Shown one piece after another: positions 41,167 through 50,870 of a stretch of 64,000 bases of DNA. A program made the translations under genes and the position numbers. The first letter of the stretch is position 1. Each line of letters opens with the position of its first letter. The stretch spans positions 124,001 to 188,000 of IMG/VR virus record IMGVR_UViG_3300017763_000002. The stretch is one strand, 5' to 3'. The notes below the pieces were generated by a model. That model was not told where the DNA came from. It saw only the letters and a list, made by a program, of their open reading frames with translations, and made no database searches.

Positions 41167-42112
41167 CGACATTTGTTTAATAGCTAATTATAGCGAATTG
41201 TTTAGTCGCTCAGACGCAGACACAGAGATCGAATTGTTTGGCGAGAAGTATAAATTGCCAGTGATGCCTGCGAATATGAAATCAGTTATAGATATGCATA
41301 TTGCAAAATGGATGAGTGAAAATAATTATTTTTATATTATGCATAGATTTGATAATGATCTTAAAGATGTCGTCTCACAAATGAATGACGAAAATTGGGA
41401 AACTATATCGGTGAGCATGGGAATTAAAATAAATGACAAAAAAGACGTAGTTGCTCTTGCAAAATACAAACAAAGAGTTGATTATATAACTATTGATATT
41501 GCTCACGGACATTGCAGCAGAATGAAGTCAGCTATCGATTGCATTAAAAAATTTATGCCTAAGACTAGAATTATTGCCGGCAATGTGTCAACTCCTACTG
41601 CTGTAAGAGATTTAGCTTCTTGGGGTGCAGATATAGTTAAAGTTGGCATTGGTCAAGGCTCGCCTTGCACAACAAAAGACAAGACAGGGTTTACAATGCC
41701 TATGTTTAGTTGCGTTCAATGGTGCGCCAATGAATTTGTTGATGATGATGGAGATTCTATACCCATCATAGCAGATGGTGGTGTTAAATGTAATGGAGAC
41801 ATTGCTAAAGCTCTAGTCGCTGGAGCAAAAATGGTTATGTCTGGAGGTATGTTTGCAGCTTGTACAGACAGTCCAGCAGCGACAAGCGTAGTAAATAATG
41901 TTCCCTATAAAGCCTATTTTGGTTCGGCCAGCGCAGAGAATAAAGGGCATAATAATCATATTGAAGGCAAGCTCACTAATGTTGTAACTAACAGCATGTC
42001 TTATGAAGAAAAGTTAAATGAAATTCAGCAAGACCTGCAGAGTGCCATTTCATACGCAGGAGGTAGTAATTTAAATGCCTTAAACTATGTAGATTATGAG
42101 CGTGTCGATTAA
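41141..42112 (+). CDS. guaC: GMP reductase
   Basis: PVMPANM, IDIAHGH, IAGNV, VKVGIGQGSPCTT, IIADGG, YFGSAS, DLQSAISYAGG. Confidence 0.92.
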   Translation: MNMKALKYNDICLIANYSELFSRSDADTEIELFGEKYKLPVMPANMKSVIDMHIAKWMSENNYFYIMHRFDNDLKDVVSQMNDENWETISVSMGIKINDKKDVVALAKYKQRVDYITIDIAHGHCSRMKSAIDCIKKFMPKTRIIAGNVSTPTAVRDLASWGADIVKVGIGQGSPCTTKDKTGFTMPMFSCVQWCANEFVDDDGDSIPIIADGGVKCNGDIAKALVAGAKMVMSGGMFAACTDSPAATSVVNNVPYKAYFGSASAENKGHNNHIEGKLTNVVTNSMSYEEKLNEIQQDLQSAISYAGGSNLNALNYVDYERVD

Positions 42113-42581
42113 TGTTGTAAAAGTTGAAGACGAATCAGAATCTAAAAGGCTGATTAGGTTGGCGCTACTATCGGACGCTTTGCCTTTTTCGTTTATTGAC
42201 ACAGCCCAGAACATAGAAAGGTTTTATAGCTTTGATGTTAGGCCCGCAATCCTCAACCAAGACCCTGTCTTATTTTGCAGTGTTAATGGAAAAAATGTTG
42301 GAATGAGTTGCGTATCAACTTGTATGAGCAAAATTTATGAACTGCAAGAGCCTTTAGCAATAGGAATTTTTACTTTCGTTCAAGAATCTTTCAGAAAGCG
42401 TGGCCTCGCTTACCAAATGCATGTAAAAGCTCTTGACATGCTTAAAAAAGACGGTTACAATAAAGTAATAGGAGAAATTATGAATAAAAATCAAGACTCA
42501 CTAAATAGCTGCAATTACCTATCCAAAGAAACAGGTATAGATTTTAACATTTACAGCACAAGATATGAATGTAAAATATAA
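42096..42581 (+). CDS. GNAT-family acetyltransferase
   Basis: FVQESFRKRGLA acetyl-CoA motif; NQDS motif B. Confidence 0.7.
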   Translation: MSVSINVVKVEDESESKRLIRLALLSDALPFSFIDTAQNIERFYSFDVRPAILNQDPVLFCSVNGKNVGMSCVSTCMSKIYELQEPLAIGIFTFVQESFRKRGLAYQMHVKALDMLKKDGYNKVIGEIMNKNQDSLNSCNYLSKETGIDFNIYSTRYECKI

Positions 42582-43206
42582 TTTTCTAGATACGGTTTGG
42601 CGTTACGCCCAAGATGATGATGCTAAAATATTACCTAAAAACCCTAGGGTCTTAGAGCTGCTGAATTGTGTCTGTGAGATATTTATCGAGTTCCCTAACG
42701 ACGAAATTGAACCTCCTAGCTCTTGCGTTATGGCTTTAGCTGCTAACTCTGGCGCAAGTTTCTCTGGAGCGGCCTCGGCCTCCCTAAACTGCATCACAGA
42801 TCAGCATTTACTACTAGAAAGAATAGCAGATTTCATTGAAGATAATTTTAATAACACTTACTCAAAAGTTATTGATGAAAATAAAATCATTCCAGGATTT
42901 GGACACCCATCAATCAAGGGAGAGGATGATAGAGTAAACTTTTTACTGAAAGAGTTTGATGATTTATGTGGCCCTAGAGTTAACTTTTGTAGATATATTG
43001 AAGTAAGACTTCCCGTCAAAATGAATATCGGTTCAGCTATAGCGTCTCTTCTGCTGGATAACGACATCAAGAAAGAATATATATTATATTTTCCTCTAAT
43101 AGGAAGGTTATTTGGTTGGAATAAAATTTATAATTCAGTAAAAAATAATTTCCCAAAAGTTGTTCCCTCCAACGAGCTAACAAGCTCTTATGCTTCTTCT
43201 GAATGA
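42565..43206 (+). CDS. Citryl-CoA lyase/citrate synthase-like small protein
   Basis: EPPSS..ALAANSGA, IPGFGHP...DDRV, MNIG, IGRLFGW. Confidence 0.7.
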   Translation: MNVKYNFLDTVWRYAQDDDAKILPKNPRVLELLNCVCEIFIEFPNDEIEPPSSCVMALAANSGASFSGAASASLNCITDQHLLLERIADFIEDNFNNTYSKVIDENKIIPGFGHPSIKGEDDRVNFLLKEFDDLCGPRVNFCRYIEVRLPVKMNIGSAIASLLLDNDIKKEYILYFPLIGRLFGWNKIYNSVKNNFPKVVPSNELTSSYASSE

Positions 43207-43660
43207 CATTTTAGAATTAGAATCTATGGTTCCGCAAGATTTTGCGGCGTATAATGTATATGATTCTATGTTACAGAAGAATTCTTTTATAGATGGATTG
43301 GCAAAAAAAATATGTCACGAGTTTTCTATAAATCAAAGTAATTTGGGGGTGATTGTAAATAGTTTTCTTACTCACGGTTTACCTCTAGGGCCGCATGATT
43401 ATAAAACTCACTATGATCGCTCAATTAACCAACATTGGATTTATTTTTGCACCCGATCCCAAATAGTTAAAGGAGGAGAGATGATAATGCTAGAAGATGA
43501 TCCTTCGTTTGATTTATTTGATAAACCTACAGATTATAAACAATATTCTATAGAACATAACAAACTAATACAAATTGGGCCAGCAGTAAAAAGATTATTT
43601 AATTCAATTTCTGCTTGTAGTTATCCTGTTTTTCATATAAACTTATATACTTATGACTAA
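43190..43660 (+). CDS. 2OG-Fe(II) oxygenase-like protein, possibly degenerate
   Basis: THYD (HxD) and KGGE motifs; no clear distal His. Confidence 0.4.
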   Translation: MLLLNDILELESMVPQDFAAYNVYDSMLQKNSFIDGLAKKICHEFSINQSNLGVIVNSFLTHGLPLGPHDYKTHYDRSINQHWIYFCTRSQIVKGGEMIMLEDDPSFDLFDKPTDYKQYSIEHNKLIQIGPAVKRLFNSISACSYPVFHINLYTYD

Positions 43661-44327
43661 AAATTTACTTTCTATTGATATTGATTATTGCCTACATGCA
43701 AATGATATTGTAGATTTATTTGACATACTAACATCTAAATGTGTTAATGTTGACGAAGATAAAATATTATTTAGTCAGTATCATATTGATGTATTAGATT
43801 TAATAAAAAAAATTCATCACCCATTATCAATTTATAATGTTGATTTGCATCATGACATTTTTTATGAAAACCAAACCTCAATTGCAGAAGTAAAATCAGG
43901 AGTAGTAAGTTCTGCGGATTGGGTATTGTGGTGTCTACTAAACAAAAGAGTAGAGAGTTATACTTGGATCAAACAACACAACTCTGAAGAATTTTCTGAG
44001 GACATGCTAGAACTATTTAACAAAGCGTCAAACCATGAAGATAACTATGGCATTGTAGACTCTAGAAACGTTGTATTTTCTAGCAAGAAAGCTTTTGCTC
44101 ATAAGCGTGACGAAAATTTTATCAAACAGAAGCCAAAAATTTTTACAGAGACCAGAGCTCTACAAAGTTTACAAAATTTAGATTTTGATTATATATTTGT
44201 ATGCTTGTCGCCAGACTACACACCCAAAGAAAATTTTTTCTTGTATGATTTATGCAAGCTAGGAGTCGAGAGAATTATTGAAAATCGAAATATCGTAAAA
44301 AAAATCCGAGAAGGGGTTGAGCTGTAG
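43653..44327 (+). CDS. UPF0489-like (arginase/deacetylase fold) metallo-hydrolase
   Basis: LLSIDIDY, NVDLHHDIFY, ADWV, FVCLSPDYTP. Confidence 0.65.
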   Translation: MTKNLLSIDIDYCLHANDIVDLFDILTSKCVNVDEDKILFSQYHIDVLDLIKKIHHPLSIYNVDLHHDIFYENQTSIAEVKSGVVSSADWVLWCLLNKRVESYTWIKQHNSEEFSEDMLELFNKASNHEDNYGIVDSRNVVFSSKKAFAHKRDENFIKQKPKIFTETRALQSLQNLDFDYIFVCLSPDYTPKENFFLYDLCKLGVERIIENRNIVKKIREGVEL

Positions 44328-45115
44328 TGGACTATATACAAAGTGAAATAGAAAATTGCTTTAAAGAAGATATATTTAAAGTTTTCGCGAAAAATTCTCA
44401 GCAAATGAAAATTATGCACAGATCGCTAGACGGAATTGGTGTGAATTACAATAAAAAACAAATAACTAAAGTAAAAGCATATTGTAAAATATTAGATTAT
44501 TTTCCAAAGTTTTCAGATGAGTTTTTAAATTCTTTTTTATTTAATATCGAAGAAAGGCGAGTGTTTTTTAATTTTTGTGACAGCCACTCAGAGTGTTTAC
44601 TAGATCGCTCTACTGGGCTTTCGGGATTTAATTTATCCGTAAAAAAAGATATGACAACTGGAAAGATAACAAGATCAATATATTTAAAAAAAGATAAAAT
44701 GCGCACGGTCTTACTTAACTTTGAAGATAATATATCTTATTCTAAATACTTTTATGTATTTTCTCCCAGTTGGGTGAGTTTTTTATCTCGCATGTTTGGT
44801 GCGCCACAGCACGAGCACGGGCTAGAGCTCTCTATAAAAGACTTCAACGCATTTGCCACCATATACCCTCAGTTTTCATTTAAGTCCGTTTTAAAGCCCT
44901 CAAGCATGAGGTTTTCATTTAACGATTTTTTCTACAATTTAAGCAAGCACAAACCATGGAACATAGAAGACGAGATATTATTATATTTCTATAACAACAA
45001 CACATATTTAAGACCTATAACTAAAGGTTACGGATTACTAGGAGACAATAGAAAAATATATATTGGAGCTTTTTCTTATAAACATTCTGCTTTCAAAAAT
45101 TTTATAACAAATTAA
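44327..45115 (+). CDS. Hypothetical protein
   Basis: 262 aa GTG-start ORF, last gene of the overlapping enzyme operon. Confidence 0.55.
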   Translation: MDYIQSEIENCFKEDIFKVFAKNSQQMKIMHRSLDGIGVNYNKKQITKVKAYCKILDYFPKFSDEFLNSFLFNIEERRVFFNFCDSHSECLLDRSTGLSGFNLSVKKDMTTGKITRSIYLKKDKMRTVLLNFEDNISYSKYFYVFSPSWVSFLSRMFGAPQHEHGLELSIKDFNAFATIYPQFSFKSVLKPSSMRFSFNDFFYNLSKHKPWNIEDEILLYFYNNNTYLRPITKGYGLLGDNRKIYIGAFSYKHSAFKNFITN

Positions 45116-45410
45116 TTATTTTTTCAAAATTATGATATCCAATTTTTCTAACTTTTACGTTACCCTTGAGCAGTTTATTAAACTTATACCTTATAACAAA
45201 TCCATCTTCTTTGCCATAGGATACAATTTCTTTGACGAAATCATAAGCTCCCCTAGACTTTAACCATTTATAATAAAAATCCTTCATGTCTTTTTCGCAT
45301 TCAAGTATCACTTCTCTATCTTTAAATACGCTTGCATACAAGGTTATGTCTCTGAATAATGTTGTTTCAGAGGGCGGTTCGCAAAGTATTCCATCTATAA
45401 TAAGAAGCAT
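45102..45410 (-). CDS. Hypothetical protein (HAD-like N-terminus)
   Basis: Start reassigned to ATG 45410 (MLLIIDGIL), 10 nt after GTGTA. Confidence 0.5.
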   Translation of the reverse strand: MLLIIDGILCEPPSETTLFRDITLYASVFKDREVILECEKDMKDFYYKWLKSRGAYDFVKEIVSYGKEDGFVIRYKFNKLLKGNVKVRKIGYHNFEKIINLL

Positions 45411-45436
45411 TATTATTAAATACACAAAAAAAATGC

Positions 45437-45465
45437 TTGACTTTTGCATGAAAATTTCGTATACT
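45437..45465 (+). promoter_or_regulatory. sigma70-type promoter
   Basis: TTGACT-17-TATACT, ATG 8 nt downstream. Confidence 0.75.
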
Positions 45466-45473
45466 TTATAACA

Positions 45474-45767
45474 ATGGATAATACATCAAATAATAACTCA
45501 GAGTGGCGTGACAGAGAGCTAGGAGCTCTTTGGGTGCGTCAAGGCAAGGGACAAAAGTATCTTACTGGTCACTTGGAAATCGAAACTATGCCTGGCGTTA
45601 ACGAAAAAGTTAAAGTCGTGGTATTTTCTAACAAAGGAAAGCAAAAGAACGAAAACGCCCCAGATTACGTGGTCTATCGCTCTCAGCCCGCTCAAGACTC
45701 AGCAGCAGAAGCTACAACTTCTACAGCAGAGGCAACTTCTAACGAACTTCCAGAAGCTTTAGTGTAA
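45474..45767 (+). CDS. DUF736-like protein
   Basis: ELGALW...KYLTGHL...VVFSN...NENAPDYVVY; start at 45474 by promoter position. Confidence 0.65.
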   Translation: MDNTSNNNSEWRDRELGALWVRQGKGQKYLTGHLEIETMPGVNEKVKVVVFSNKGKQKNENAPDYVVYRSQPAQDSAAEATTSTAEATSNELPEALV

Positions 45768-45775
45768 TGTTTCTT

Positions 45776-46138
45776 GGGGGTGTTTTGGATTCGATTGTTA
45801 TTTGAAAGTTTTAGTGCAGTACGAAGAGATGCCTGGCTTCGTTAAAAGGCATAAAGAAATAAATGCTAAAAACATTGTTTCGTTCGAGGACTTCGTTCAT
45901 AGCGAAGAACTCGCTCTTGCAGCTTAGAGCTGCACCTCTTGTTAATGGACGCAGATAAATTATCAAGGGGTCATCAATCTGCAAAAACAGACCAAAGGTT
46001 TGCTTGTTCATAAACTGAAAATAATTGTAACAAGACGTTAGATGTTTATATCCCAACGTTAAAAAAAATAAACTATTACTGTAGACCTAATTCCGAATAA
46101 TCAACAAGACGCGGGTTCAAATCCCGCCACCTCCACCA
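45776..46138 (+). ncRNA. ssrA: tmRNA; tag (A)AKNIVSFEDFVHSEELALAA
   Basis: 5' GGGGGTG pairs with CACCTCC-A-CCA 3' including the G3:U70 wobble; T-arm GCGGG-TTCAAAT-CCCGC; tag ORF 45865-45927 ends ALAA. Confidence 0.95.
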
Positions 46139-46143
46139 ACATC

Positions 46144-46491
46144 GTGATAAAAAAGTTAATCAATCTTTTCTCAAAAAAACCAAAGTCTAATCTTCCAGAT
46201 TTATCTAAAGATTCAGTCAAAAAAAGTATTTTTGGATTCAAGAAAAAACAACCGCCAATACTAGAGCTAATTCAACAGCTAGTAATTAATAAAGTTGACT
46301 TTGATTCCCTTAAAGACTCTATGTCTGAAACAGACTGGAAACAGCTATCAATATTAAAAAAAGATTTTAATAAAGCAGTAAAAACAGCAGGAATGCATAA
46401 AGGTAATAAAGCTGCGAAAAACAAATCTAAAATTATTAATTTTATAGCATTTTTAGTAGAGAAAAATTATTTAATAAAAATTAAAAAATAA
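46144..46491 (+). CDS. Hypothetical protein
   Basis: 115 aa basic ORF. Confidence 0.5.
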   Translation: MIKKLINLFSKKPKSNLPDLSKDSVKKSIFGFKKKQPPILELIQQLVINKVDFDSLKDSMSETDWKQLSILKKDFNKAVKTAGMHKGNKAAKNKSKIINFIAFLVEKNYLIKIKK

Positions 46492-46536
46492 CTTTATAAA
46501 CACTAAGTTTGCATACATTATATAGTATATTTAATT

Positions 46537-46818
46537 ATGAATGACGAAGACAAAAACAAAGTAACCTTAGCTTTAGCTAATTCCTTCCTACAGACTGCAA
46601 CGCTTCAGCAGACTTTACAAATTGTACAAGAAAAAGCGCTTGAAAGAGCAAAAGAAGAAGTCGAAAGCATGAACGAAGAACAGATGGAAGAAATTTTAAC
46701 AAGCATTAAAGCTCAGGAAATCGCTCAAGATTTAAAGAAACAAAAATCTGGAGAAACTGAAACGCCCGACAACGAAGTTGCAAAAACTTCAAAGTCAAAT
46801 AAAACTACTAAAAAGTAA
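46537..46818 (+). CDS. Hypothetical protein
   Basis: 93 aa coiled-coil-like ORF. Confidence 0.6.
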   Translation: MNDEDKNKVTLALANSFLQTATLQQTLQIVQEKALERAKEEVESMNEEQMEEILTSIKAQEIAQDLKKQKSGETETPDNEVAKTSKSNKTTKK

Positions 46819-47023
46819 AGTGCCTTCTAAAGAAATCTCCGTCTTCGCTGTGACAAAAAACGGCAGAAGATACGAAGATGTAAATTATATCTCTAGAGAA
46901 TCTGCGTTGAAAAAAATTGAACAAATTAAATCTTCTATGCAAAAATCTAAAGGCCATTTTATGAAACAAAGTTTTGTAAGATTTGATATTGTCGAAACCC
47001 AGAAACCAAACAAAGTTTGGTAG
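46778..47023 (+). CDS. Hypothetical protein
   Basis: 81 aa; true start uncertain. Confidence 0.4.
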   Translation: MQKLQSQIKLLKSKVPSKEISVFAVTKNGRRYEDVNYISRESALKKIEQIKSSMQKSKGHFMKQSFVRFDIVETQKPNKVW

Positions 47024-47028
47024 GGTTA

Positions 47029-47535
47029 ATGGAAAAACAAAACCTATCTCAGTTTTCTTTTTTTGAACTAGCTAATCGAAGAAAATATAGAATCGAAAAA
47101 TCTAGTAACGAACATATAAAGCTCGGTGTTGACTTCTACGTTCATGGAAAATACCAAAAAACCCAAAGAGAAGTTAAAATGTTATTTGCGGTTAAACGCA
47201 GAAAAAACAAGCAGAGCTCTACTTATCATGACCGTTGGATTTGGATAGAATATAAAAAGCACAAAAACCAAGAAGGCTGGATTTACGGGCCTTCGCATTT
47301 TGTCGCTTTTGAAAGATCTAAAGATTTTTTAATTATTAATCGCAAAGTGTTGCTTGATTACTTAAATAGTAATAAATGCAAAGTGCGATGGGATAAACCT
47401 TTTGTTCCAGAGCCCAAGGATGCAAAGTACAGGATATATCAAAATCCTAAAAACGGATCGCAAATTTGTCAAATATTAGCAAAAGATATTCTCAAGCTTA
47501 AAGGAGTTGCAATATGGCTAAAAAACGGGGAATAA
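47029..47535 (+). CDS. Putative PD-(D/E)xK-like phage nuclease
   Basis: GVDFYV...WIWIEY...EGWIYGPSHFVAFE; family recognised by eye only. Confidence 0.4.
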   Translation: MEKQNLSQFSFFELANRRKYRIEKSSNEHIKLGVDFYVHGKYQKTQREVKMLFAVKRRKNKQSSTYHDRWIWIEYKKHKNQEGWIYGPSHFVAFERSKDFLIINRKVLLDYLNSNKCKVRWDKPFVPEPKDAKYRIYQNPKNGSQICQILAKDILKLKGVAIWLKNGE

Positions 47536-47955
47536 ATGAAGATAAAATTTAAAAAATTAGATCAACTTGCAGATATACCAAACTACGCCCAAGCAGGAGA
47601 TGCTGGAATGGATTTAAAAGCCGTTTCACTGACTGCGCTCGCTGGTTTCTGGGAGTATGGAACAGGTTTAGCCTTAGAGATTCCATTAGGATACGTAGGG
47701 CTTGTTTTCCCTCGTTCAAGCATATCCAAGACAGATCATTCACTAAGGAACTCTGTAGGGGTCATAGACGCAGGCTATCGAGGTGAAATCAAACTGAGAA
47801 TGAGCTCGCCTGTTTTAGGCTCAGATTGTTACGGAATTGGAGATAGAATTGGGCAGTTATTAATTTTAAAATTGCCTTGGGTAGAAATAGAAGAAGTGAA
47901 AGAATTATCGCCCACCTCCAGAGGTGAAGGCGGTTTTGGCAGCACTGGAAAATAA
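47536..47955 (+). CDS. dut: Trimeric dUTPase
   Basis: All five motifs: AGMDL, PRSS, GVIDAGYRGEI, GDRIGQL, RGEGGFGSTG. Confidence 0.97.
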   Translation: MKIKFKKLDQLADIPNYAQAGDAGMDLKAVSLTALAGFWEYGTGLALEIPLGYVGLVFPRSSISKTDHSLRNSVGVIDAGYRGEIKLRMSSPVLGSDCYGIGDRIGQLLILKLPWVEIEEVKELSPTSRGEGGFGSTGK

Positions 47956-48000
47956 TTTGATTGACTTTAAGTCAAATATAAACTAATATTATAATTAACA

Positions 48001-48177
48001 ATGAAAAAACCAATGACCACAGAAGTAATTAAAAGAGTTATTAGCCAATACAAGCGCTATAAACTTTCTTTAGGAGAAGAAGCTTTAGTAGAACTTCTTT
48101 CAACAGAAATAGCAGATGAACTAAGAAGGAATTTTGTTATAGAGCCCTTGTATTCTAGAAAGCAAAAAACAAGATGA
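48001..48177 (+). CDS. Small hypothetical protein
   Basis: Hand-translated 58 aa (MKKPMTTEVIKRV...), preceded by TTGACT-17-TAATAT at 47961-47989. Confidence 0.5.
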   Translation: MKKPMTTEVIKRVISQYKRYKLSLGEEALVELLSTEIADELRRNFVIEPLYSRKQKTR

Positions 48178-48365
48178 TTGTGAGTTTCTGTTTAAATAAA
48201 TTCATGCCTACAGTATTGATTGCAATATTGTGCTTTTATAGCTTCGGCTTCTACAAAATTGAACCATATTTTATTATGGCTCTGCTATTATTTTCGCAAA
48301 GATTTCATTATAAAGCTGGTTACGCTATGGCTTATTGCGAATCAAATAATGTAAATTTAGATTAA
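48174..48365 (+). CDS. Small membrane protein
   Basis: 63 aa, two hydrophobic stretches. Confidence 0.5.
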   Translation: MIVSFCLNKFMPTVLIAILCFYSFGFYKIEPYFIMALLLFSQRFHYKAGYAMAYCESNNVNLD

Positions 48366-48366
48366 C

Positions 48367-48738
48367 ATGGATCTAGATTTCGTTTGTATAGGATTTGCGT
48401 GTTTAGGTGTTTTATTTTATTTAATTAATAAAAAACAAAAAACCTTAATACTCAACCTTCAAAAAGAAAAATCTAAATTAATTTCAGCAAAAAAAAGTAC
48501 GGAAGTCAGAACTGGACATATTGTAGAAAAGTTTGCTCCTTTCTTGAAGACCTTCCCGCATGACCCTGAAAAAGCGGTTTTCTTGGGGCAGCCTATAGAT
48601 TATATAGTTTTCGAGGATACAGGAGTAACTTTTTCTGAAATAAAAAGCGGTAACTCGCAGTTGAGCCAAAAACAAAAAGCTATAAAACAAAACATTCTTA
48701 ACGGAAACGTATTTTGGGAAGAAGTCAGGGTAAAATAA
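48367..48738 (+). CDS. Holliday junction resolvase-like endonuclease (Endonuc_Holl family)
   Basis: N-terminal TM; GHIVEKFAPFL...FLGQPIDYIVF...EIKSGNSQLS. Confidence 0.85.
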   Translation: MDLDFVCIGFACLGVLFYLINKKQKTLILNLQKEKSKLISAKKSTEVRTGHIVEKFAPFLKTFPHDPEKAVFLGQPIDYIVFEDTGVTFSEIKSGNSQLSQKQKAIKQNILNGNVFWEEVRVK

Positions 48739-48844
48739 AATTTATGAATCAATTAAAATACATTAAACTAAAATCAGAAGTTTCTGCTCTAAGAAGAGAG
48801 GTTGTTTCTCTTAAGAAAATTGTATGTAAATTAAAAAAGCAAAA

Positions 48845-49261
48845 TTGGAAACAAAAAGACACATTTTCTCGGGTGAAATAAATAACTATTTTGCGGACAA
48901 ACTTCATGGTTTTCACGATCAATTTGTGGAAACCATGTTGCTTTGTGGAGTAGACGAGCCGGGCACAGCATTAGATGAAATCAAAATGACAAAAAATCCT
49001 AGCTTTACAATGACTTATTATAAAAAAATTGTAGGTGGTTTATTAAAATTTCAGCCAGAAATATATATTTGCTGTATTGATGAAAATTATGAACTATTAG
49101 CGGAGTGCTATCTCACTCACCTAGATAACAAAAAAGACATAGATGATATCTATTTATTACAAAATGTTTTCAATTGGGACCGAACTGGATTGTTTTGCGC
49201 CCAAGTTTGGAAGCTAAAAGAAAATAATATGTGTAATATAAATAGATATTGGAATGAATAG
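48845..49261 (+). CDS. Hypothetical protein
   Basis: 138 aa ORF; start uncertain. Confidence 0.45.
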   Translation: METKRHIFSGEINNYFADKLHGFHDQFVETMLLCGVDEPGTALDEIKMTKNPSFTMTYYKKIVGGLLKFQPEIYICCIDENYELLAECYLTHLDNKKDIDDIYLLQNVFNWDRTGLFCAQVWKLKENNMCNINRYWNE

Positions 49262-49454
49262 AAAAGACAGAAGATCCCCTTGGTTGCTATCTTGGAATGA
49301 AAGATTTTTAAGAAACGGTAAAACCAAAAAAACAGAAGCTCAAATTTTAGAAGCTAAAAGACAGGGTAATTGGGCTGAAGTTATTAAGCTAAAACACTTG
49401 CTTAGAAAAGTTTGGTGGGGATACAAAAAAATCATAAATAATAGAAATGATTAA
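49254..49454 (+). CDS. Hypothetical protein
   Basis: 66 aa basic ORF. Confidence 0.5.
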   Translation: MNRKDRRSPWLLSWNERFLRNGKTKKTEAQILEAKRQGNWAEVIKLKHLLRKVWWGYKKIINNRND

Positions 49455-49499
49455 TATTTTTCATGGAATATTTTTGTGTTCATATGTGTAATACTGAAT

Positions 49500-50870
49500 A
49501 TGACCTCAAATGAAAAACAACTTAACTGTTCCTGCGAAAAAATGATTCCAATTTTGTTATCTAAAGTTACTGATTTAGAACGAGAAATTATGAATTTAAA
49601 AAAAGACGAAATTAAAGTTATTCCAGAAGTTGTACAAAAAAGTAAAGTTGCTGTTATTGCTTGGCAGTTTCCCAACAGATCAAACACATTCATTGTTAGT
49701 GAAATGATGGAGTTACATCGCGCGGGTATAGACATTACAATATACAGTTTAAGCAAGCCGACAGCAGAGTGCGAAGAAATATATAAAGAAGAGCTCAAAG
49801 TGCTTAGGGAGAAAATTATTAATATTCCTGAATTAAGATTGCTTGATTATAAGGCTGCCAAAGACAACCAAATACCTTTTTTTAGAAATTATTATAGACA
49901 AACTCTTGAGCTTTGCAAAACAATTGATCCTTCTTCTGAAAATAATTATAACCAACAAGAACAAGAGGCGGTGCAAAATTCAAAAGGTTTTTTAAAAGAT
50001 TTAATTAAACACATTCAAGACTCAGGAGTCAATAAAATATACGCTCCCTTTGCTGGCGGAGATGCAGAGAAAGCCATGATGATATCTTATCACACTGGAA
50101 TACCTTATTATTTTACAGCGCATGCATTTGATTTATTTTCAAGCTACTATTACCAAAGAATGAAAGCTAAAACAGTAGAGCATGTTTTTGTTATTTCTGA
50201 ATACAACAAAAAGTACATGATAGAAAACTTAGGAATGCCAGAAGAAAAAATTACAGTTCGTAGAGTTAATTTTCTGGCTCCAGACGAAAAAAATATTAAA
50301 AGCAAAGATTTAGGTGTGAAATATATTTTTAGTGCAGGCAGGCTTGACGAAATGAAAGGTTATGAATATTCTATTAAAGCTTTTGCTGAGTTTCATAAAA
50401 TCTTCCCAGATGTTTATTATTTAATTGTTGGCAGTGGAGATCTGGAGCTTAGTTTGAAACAATTAGTAAAAGATTTAAAGCTTGAAGGCTTCGTTCATTT
50501 TTTGGGACACGTATCAAATCACACTGTTTTAGAGTTCGCGAAAGACGCAGAATTCTCTATTTTAAGCTCTATAGAAACAAATGATAAAGACAAAGAGGGT
50601 TTGCCCACTTGTTTTGTTGAAAGTATGTCCCTGGGCACGCCCTGCATAGGAACAGACTATTCTGGCGTCCCAGAGTTAATTGATCATGGAGTCAACGGCA
50701 TGCTTGCAAAACAAAAAGATATTCAAGATATTACTTCTAAAATGACACAGCTTTACAAAATGATTGAAAATGATCGGAGCGGCGAAATATCAAAGTCTTG
50801 TAAGATAAAAATTACAACAATGTTTGACAATCAAAAGAATATTAATTTACTAGTAAATCATTTAAAATGA
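49500..50870 (+). CDS. Glycosyltransferase family 4 (WcaL-like)
   Basis: FPNRSNTFIVSE, FTAHAFDLF, AGRLDEMKG, EGLPTCFVESMSLGTPCIGT; start ATG 49500 is 9 nt after GTGTA. Confidence 0.9.
   Translation: MTSNEKQLNCSCEKMIPILLSKVTDLEREIMNLKKDEIKVIPEVVQKSKVAVIAWQFPNRSNTFIVSEMMELHRAGIDITIYSLSKPTAECEEIYKEELKVLREKIINIPELRLLDYKAAKDNQIPFFRNYYRQTLELCKTIDPSSENNYNQQEQEAVQNSKGFLKDLIKHIQDSGVNKIYAPFAGGDAEKAMMISYHTGIPYYFTAHAFDLFSSYYYQRMKAKTVEHVFVISEYNKKYMIENLGMPEEKITVRRVNFLAPDEKNIKSKDLGVKYIFSAGRLDEMKGYEYSIKAFAEFHKIFPDVYYLIVGSGDLELSLKQLVKDLKLEGFVHFLGHVSNHTVLEFAKDAEFSILSSIETNDKDKEGLPTCFVESMSLGTPCIGTDYSGVPELIDHGVNGMLAKQKDIQDITSKMTQLYKMIENDRSGEISKSCKIKITTMFDNQKNINLLVNHLK

Noticed and set aside
45241-45252. 12-nt match TCATAAGCTCCC to array A (53776-53787) as a self-target
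   Set aside because: Covers only 2 nt of the variable window and mostly constant scaffold; compatible with chance.
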